This document shows, piece after piece, positions 59,406-64,000 of a stretch of 64,000 nucleotides of DNA; the stretch's first letter is position 1; the number at the start of each line of letters is the position of its first letter. Source of the DNA: the human T2T-CHM13v2.0 reference genome, Homo sapiens. The position numbers and the translations under genes are program-made. The stretch lies in assembly GCF_009914755.1 (NCBI RefSeq), contig NC_060925.1; one strand, given 5' to 3'. Below the pieces are notes generated by a model. That model was not told the origin of the DNA. It saw nothing but the letters and a program-made list of their open reading frames with translations, and ran no database searches.

Positions 59406-59621
59406 ATGGTGGGCGCCCCTCCCCCAGCCTCGCTGCCGCCTTGCAGTTTGATCTCAGACTTCTGTGCTAGCAGTCAGCGAGATTCCGTGGGCGTAGGACC
59501 CTCAGAGCCAGGTGTGGGATATAATCTCGTGGTTCGCCGCTTTTTAAGCCGGTCTGAAAAGCGCAATATTCGGGTGGGAGTGACCCGATTTTCCAGGTGC
59601 GTCCGTCACTCCTTTCTTTGA
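59406..59621 (+). CDS. L1 ORF0 (antisense 5'UTR ORF), intact 71 aa
   Basis: GCAATGG start; MVGAPPPASLPPCSLISDFCASSQRDSVGVGPSEPGVGYNLVVRRFLSRSEKRNIRVGVTRFSRCVRHSFL* matches primate ORF0; expression unknown. Confidence 0.75.
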   Translation: MVGAPPPASLPPCSLISDFCASSQRDSVGVGPSEPGVGYNLVVRRFLSRSEKRNIRVGVTRFSRCVRHSFL

Positions 59622-59835
59622 CTCGGAAAGGGAACTCCCTGACCCCTCGCGCTTCCCAGGTGAGGCAATGCCTCGCCCTGCTTCGGCTCGCGCAAGGTGC
59701 GCGCACCCACTGGCCTGCGCCCACTGTCTGGCACTCCCTAGTGAGAGAAACCCGGTACCTCAGATGGAAATGCAGAAATCACCCGTCTTCTGCGTCGCTC
59801 ACGCTGGGAGCTGTAGACCGGAGCTGTTCCTATTC

Positions 59836-59847
59836 GGCCATCTTGGC
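59836..59847 (-). promoter_or_regulatory. YY1 site of the L1 sense promoter
   Basis: CCAAGATGGCCG intact near the L1 5' end. Confidence 0.8.
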
Positions 59848-59856
59848 TCCTCCCCC

Positions 59857-61180
59857 TATACTCAAATGATTTTTAACAAAGGTGCCAAGAACACTTAATA
59901 AGGAGAGGACAATCTTTTCCACCTATGATGCTGGGAAAATTGGATGTCCACATATAAAAAAATAAATTTAGACCTTTATGTGATACTCTATGTAAAAATT
60001 AACACAAAATGAATCAAAGATGTAAATATAAGACCTAAAACTATAAAACTTTCAAAAGAAAACATAGGAGAAGAGCTTCGTGACATTAATTTGGCAATGA
60101 TTTCTTGGATATTACGCTGAAAGAAGAAACAATAAAGGTAAAAACAGGTAAATTGGACTACATCAGAATTAAAACTTCTTTGCACAAAAGGACAAAATCA
60201 AAAGAGTGAAAAGGCAAACTTTTGGGAGAAAGTATTCATAAATCATATATCTGATACAGAGTTTAATATTCAGAATATATAAAGAACTCCTGCAACTCAA
60301 CAACAAAAAAACAAATAAATTGGCAAAAACTTGAATAGTTATTTCTCCAAAGAATATATACAAATGTCTAATAAAAATATGTAAAGATACCCCAAATCAC
60401 TAATCATTGGGAAAATGCAAATCAAAACCACAGTGAGATAGCAACTTATACTCATTTTAATGGCTGTTATTAAAAACAAAAAATAAAACAAATTTAAAAA
60501 GAAAGAAAATAACAGAGTGAAGAAGTTGAAAGCCTATGTACTCTTTGTGGGAACATAAAATGGTTCAGCTGCTACAGAAATAGTATGGTGGTTCCTCAAA
60601 AGTTAAAAATAGAATTACCATTTGATCCAGCAATTTCACTTCTGGATATATATCCAAAAGAATTGAAAGCATAGTCTCAAAGAGATATTTGTATATCAAT
60701 GTTCATAGTAGCATTATGCACAATAGCTCAAAGGTGGAAGCAGCCCAAATCTCTAACAACAGATAACAAAATGTGTTGTATATACACCAATGGAATACTG
60801 TTCAGTCTTAAGAGAAATTCTGACACATGCTACAACATAGATGAACCTTGAGGACTTTATGCTAAGTGAAATAAGCCAGTTACAAAAAGACAAATACTAT
60901 ATAATTCCACTTATATGTGATACCTAATGTAGTCAGATTATTCATAGAGACAGAAAATAGAATGGTGGTTGCCAAGGGCTGTGGGGAAGGAGTGGAGAGT
61001 TGTTTACTTAATACAGAGTTTCAGTTTTGCAAGATGAAAAAGTTCTGGAATTGAGTGCATGACAATGTGAATATACATAACACTACTGAACTGTACACTT
61101 AAATATGTTAAAATTATAAATTTTATGTTATGTGTATTTTATCATCATTTAAATTTTAAAATTTTTTTAAAGAAAAAAAA
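59857..61180 (+). mobile_element. Old L1M (L1MA/MB-like) ORF2 end and 3'UTR, right part
   Basis: 'aacaaaggtgccaagaacac...gacagaaaatagaatggtggttgccaagggc...cactactgaactgtacacttaaa' with A-rich end. Confidence 0.88.
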
Positions 61181-61826
61181 GCAATGTGGCCTCTTTTTCT
61201 CTCTGTTCCTAAAAGAGTGCTTTTCACAAAGGAAGGATGGATAAAATCTGGTTGGGAAGTTCTGGGAAATCTACGCAAAGAAAACACTTTAAATGCATTA
61301 CAAAGAACTAGTAGACACCTTCAAAACAGAGAACAAGCAGTGTGTGTAAAGCATATGGGGGAGTAGTACACACCTAAGGACCTGGAAGAAAAGGTGTGTG
61401 CTGAGTAGAGACAAGGTTGGCTGATGAGGCTGGAGAGAGGCAAGGTTTGCCTACCCTATTAAGGAGCCTGGACTTTTACCTGGAAGGGTCTAGAGTCCTC
61501 TTACTCACAAAATGGATTAGAGTACCAAAACCATCATGTCTCAATGACTTGAGAACTGGCTATCTAGTGCATAAATTATCTAAGTCTTATCATTTTTTCT
61601 GTGCTGCTTTCTTTTTTTCATCTCACTGATTATGCACATCATAAATGTCATAGAAATAAAGAATGATAGAGATCATGTAGATCACGAGATCATGACTTGA
61701 TGAAGGGGAGTGTTATGTAGAGTTAATTTGGGGTGTGAACCCTCTTTGTTAAGGGTCCCCTTTTGTGCCGTGTCCAGTTTGCAGAGACCCTGTACATTTA
61801 GGAAGCATTTCCTAACTGCTGGTTGA

Positions 61827-62162
<336 letters not shown>

Positions 62163-62879
62163 GATGCAAAGACTTTTAAAGCCTGTTCCTGGCACTTAAG
62201 CTTTCTCTGGGGCAGAGTCATTACTCAAATATCATCCGTGCTAAAGGATTTTAAGATGAGATTGAGCTTCACAGGAACCTCCCAACCATGGCAAAGCATT
62301 TCTGCACTGGGAAACTTCTGTTGCCTCTGATGCTCAGTTCCCAACACACAGAGCTGGCAAGGTCATGCTCGGATCCACTTGAATTCAATCCTTCCTCTTT
62401 CATTCACTCAGTCAGAATCTCCTAAGGGTGGTGCCATTGCTCTGGGAACTCAGTCATGAATACAGCCAGATCCCTGCTGTGGTGGAAACCATGGTCTAAA
62501 GAGAGAGAAAATATATAATTTATAATAAAGTAAAATAAATTAACAAAGGATGCTCTTCTGCAGCCTCATCAGTGCTATGTGAGTTTTACCTCCTCCATGA
62601 AGCCTTTCTTGACCCCATAGCCTCTGTCTGTTTTTCTGTCCTGTGAGCCACCAGAGCAGTTTATTCTTCATGCTATCAACATAACCCCCATCCAATTCTT
62701 CCCACTTGTGTGGTTGCTGGAGAATATTCTTCCATCCACACCTGGATTGTAATCTGCTTCACACCAGGGGCTTTTTCACAGTGGCTCAGTGCATCTCATT
62801 GGTTCACATTTCTGTGCATTTGCTTATGCTCTTTACCCAGTTTTCATCCTTTGCTGAACTCCTATTCATATTTGAAAGC

Positions 62880-63062
62880 TGATATGGATTGGCTCTATGT
62901 CCCCACCCAAATCTCATCTTGAATTGTAATCCCCATAATCCCCACATGTCGAGGGTGGGGCCTGGTGGGAGGTGATTGGATCATGGGGGCAGTTTCCCCC
63001 ATGCTGTTCTCATGATAGCGAGCTCTAATGGTTTTATAAGTGTTTGACAGTTTCTCCTACAC
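62880..63062 (+). mobile_element. THE1/MST MaLR LTR 5' fragment
   Basis: 'tgatatggattggctctatgtccccacccaaatctcatcttgaattgtaatcccc...ggatcatgggggcagtttcccccatgctgttctcatgatag'. Confidence 0.85.
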
Positions 63063-64000
63063 ACTGAAAGAGAAGTTGATTTGTGAAAAATTCTCAGATT
63101 CCTGAAAGGCACTTGGCAGAAAAAGTCTACAAACAGTATGAGACAATAAAAGATAATGCCACTTAATTTGGTCCTGTAATTATAGTTACTTCTTCCCAAA
63201 GAGCTGAGAATAAACACTCTAATTACTCTACAGGTTATATGGAGATTAATAAACCTAACTCCTGCAGAACACATAGCTTATAAACACAAGACCAGGACTA
63301 GGCCTGGCCTGTTATTAGACTGGTCTCTCTGGGTGGAAGAAGGAAAGAGATTGTAAGGTGAGAACCTAATTTGTGCCATGAATTATAATAAGCATTTTAT
63401 ATAAGTTATTTAAACTAATTCTCACAACCCTGGAGCAGGGTATTATTGCCTTCATTTGCAGATAAAGCAACTGAGTTTCAGAGAGGTGGAAGTACGTCTC
63501 TAAAGTAGCAACTCTGAGATTTGAGCCGAGGGCACAAAGCCCATACTCTTTCCACTGTACCAAGTCCCTTCAAGGGAAACCTCAAAGGCCTATAGGAAGT
63601 CTTTCTTCTCAGAACTCTGCTCCATGGAGGATGGTTTGGTGGTAAATATGCAGCTGCCATGCTTATCTGCCCAAAGGTAGATATTGTCACCAAAGATGTT
63701 GTCCCTGAAGTAACCCAGTGGCTGTGAAGAGGAGGTTTTCTGAAGAGATCTAACCTTCAAATGCCTCCTTCTGCCCATCAGTCAGAGCCTTTGCCGTGAC
63801 TTTGCAGATCGGCTCCATTGAGCTCTCATAGAAACGAGTGTTTGGAATTGGACTCTGTCATGCATTTATATTGGCCTCATCAACGGGATGACTCCAAGTG
63901 ATCAGGCCTAACCATCTGCACACCCTGAGTGGGAGATTCTGGGAAGGAAAGAATTACCTTCAGCCAAGCAGCAGAAAGAAGAGGCTGCCATGGAGTGGGA

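Overview
This is primate (hominid-like) genomic DNA, AT-rich and repeat-dominated, with no intact host protein-coding exon. Four landmarks stand out. (1) A CpG island at about 34.4-35.5 kb has a TATA-like element, an interrupted CTG/CAG tract and a minus-strand splice donor. It looks like a non-coding first exon, tentatively the distal promoter of the Reelin adaptor DAB1; this assignment comes from my recollection that a VKORC1 pseudogene lies in the DAB1 5' region on human chr1p32 and was not verified. (2) A 5'-truncated processed VKORC1 pseudogene at 13.2-13.85 kb appears nested in an AluJ. (3) A full-length but disabled young L1PA2-like LINE-1 (53.8-59.9 kb, minus) is inserted into an old L1M and carries an intact ORF0, a TSD and a 14-nt 3' tag. 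(4) There are three more TSD-flanked truncated L1PA copies, five Alu/FLAM elements, many MIR/L2/MaLR/DNA-transposon relics and microsatellites. The most unusual observation is that the two youngest L1s, which are independent insertions, share the same +8-nt frameshifting insertion in the ORF2p C-terminal region. I found no evidence for a wholly new multi-gene system. Most ORFs in the supplied track are repeat-derived or spurious.
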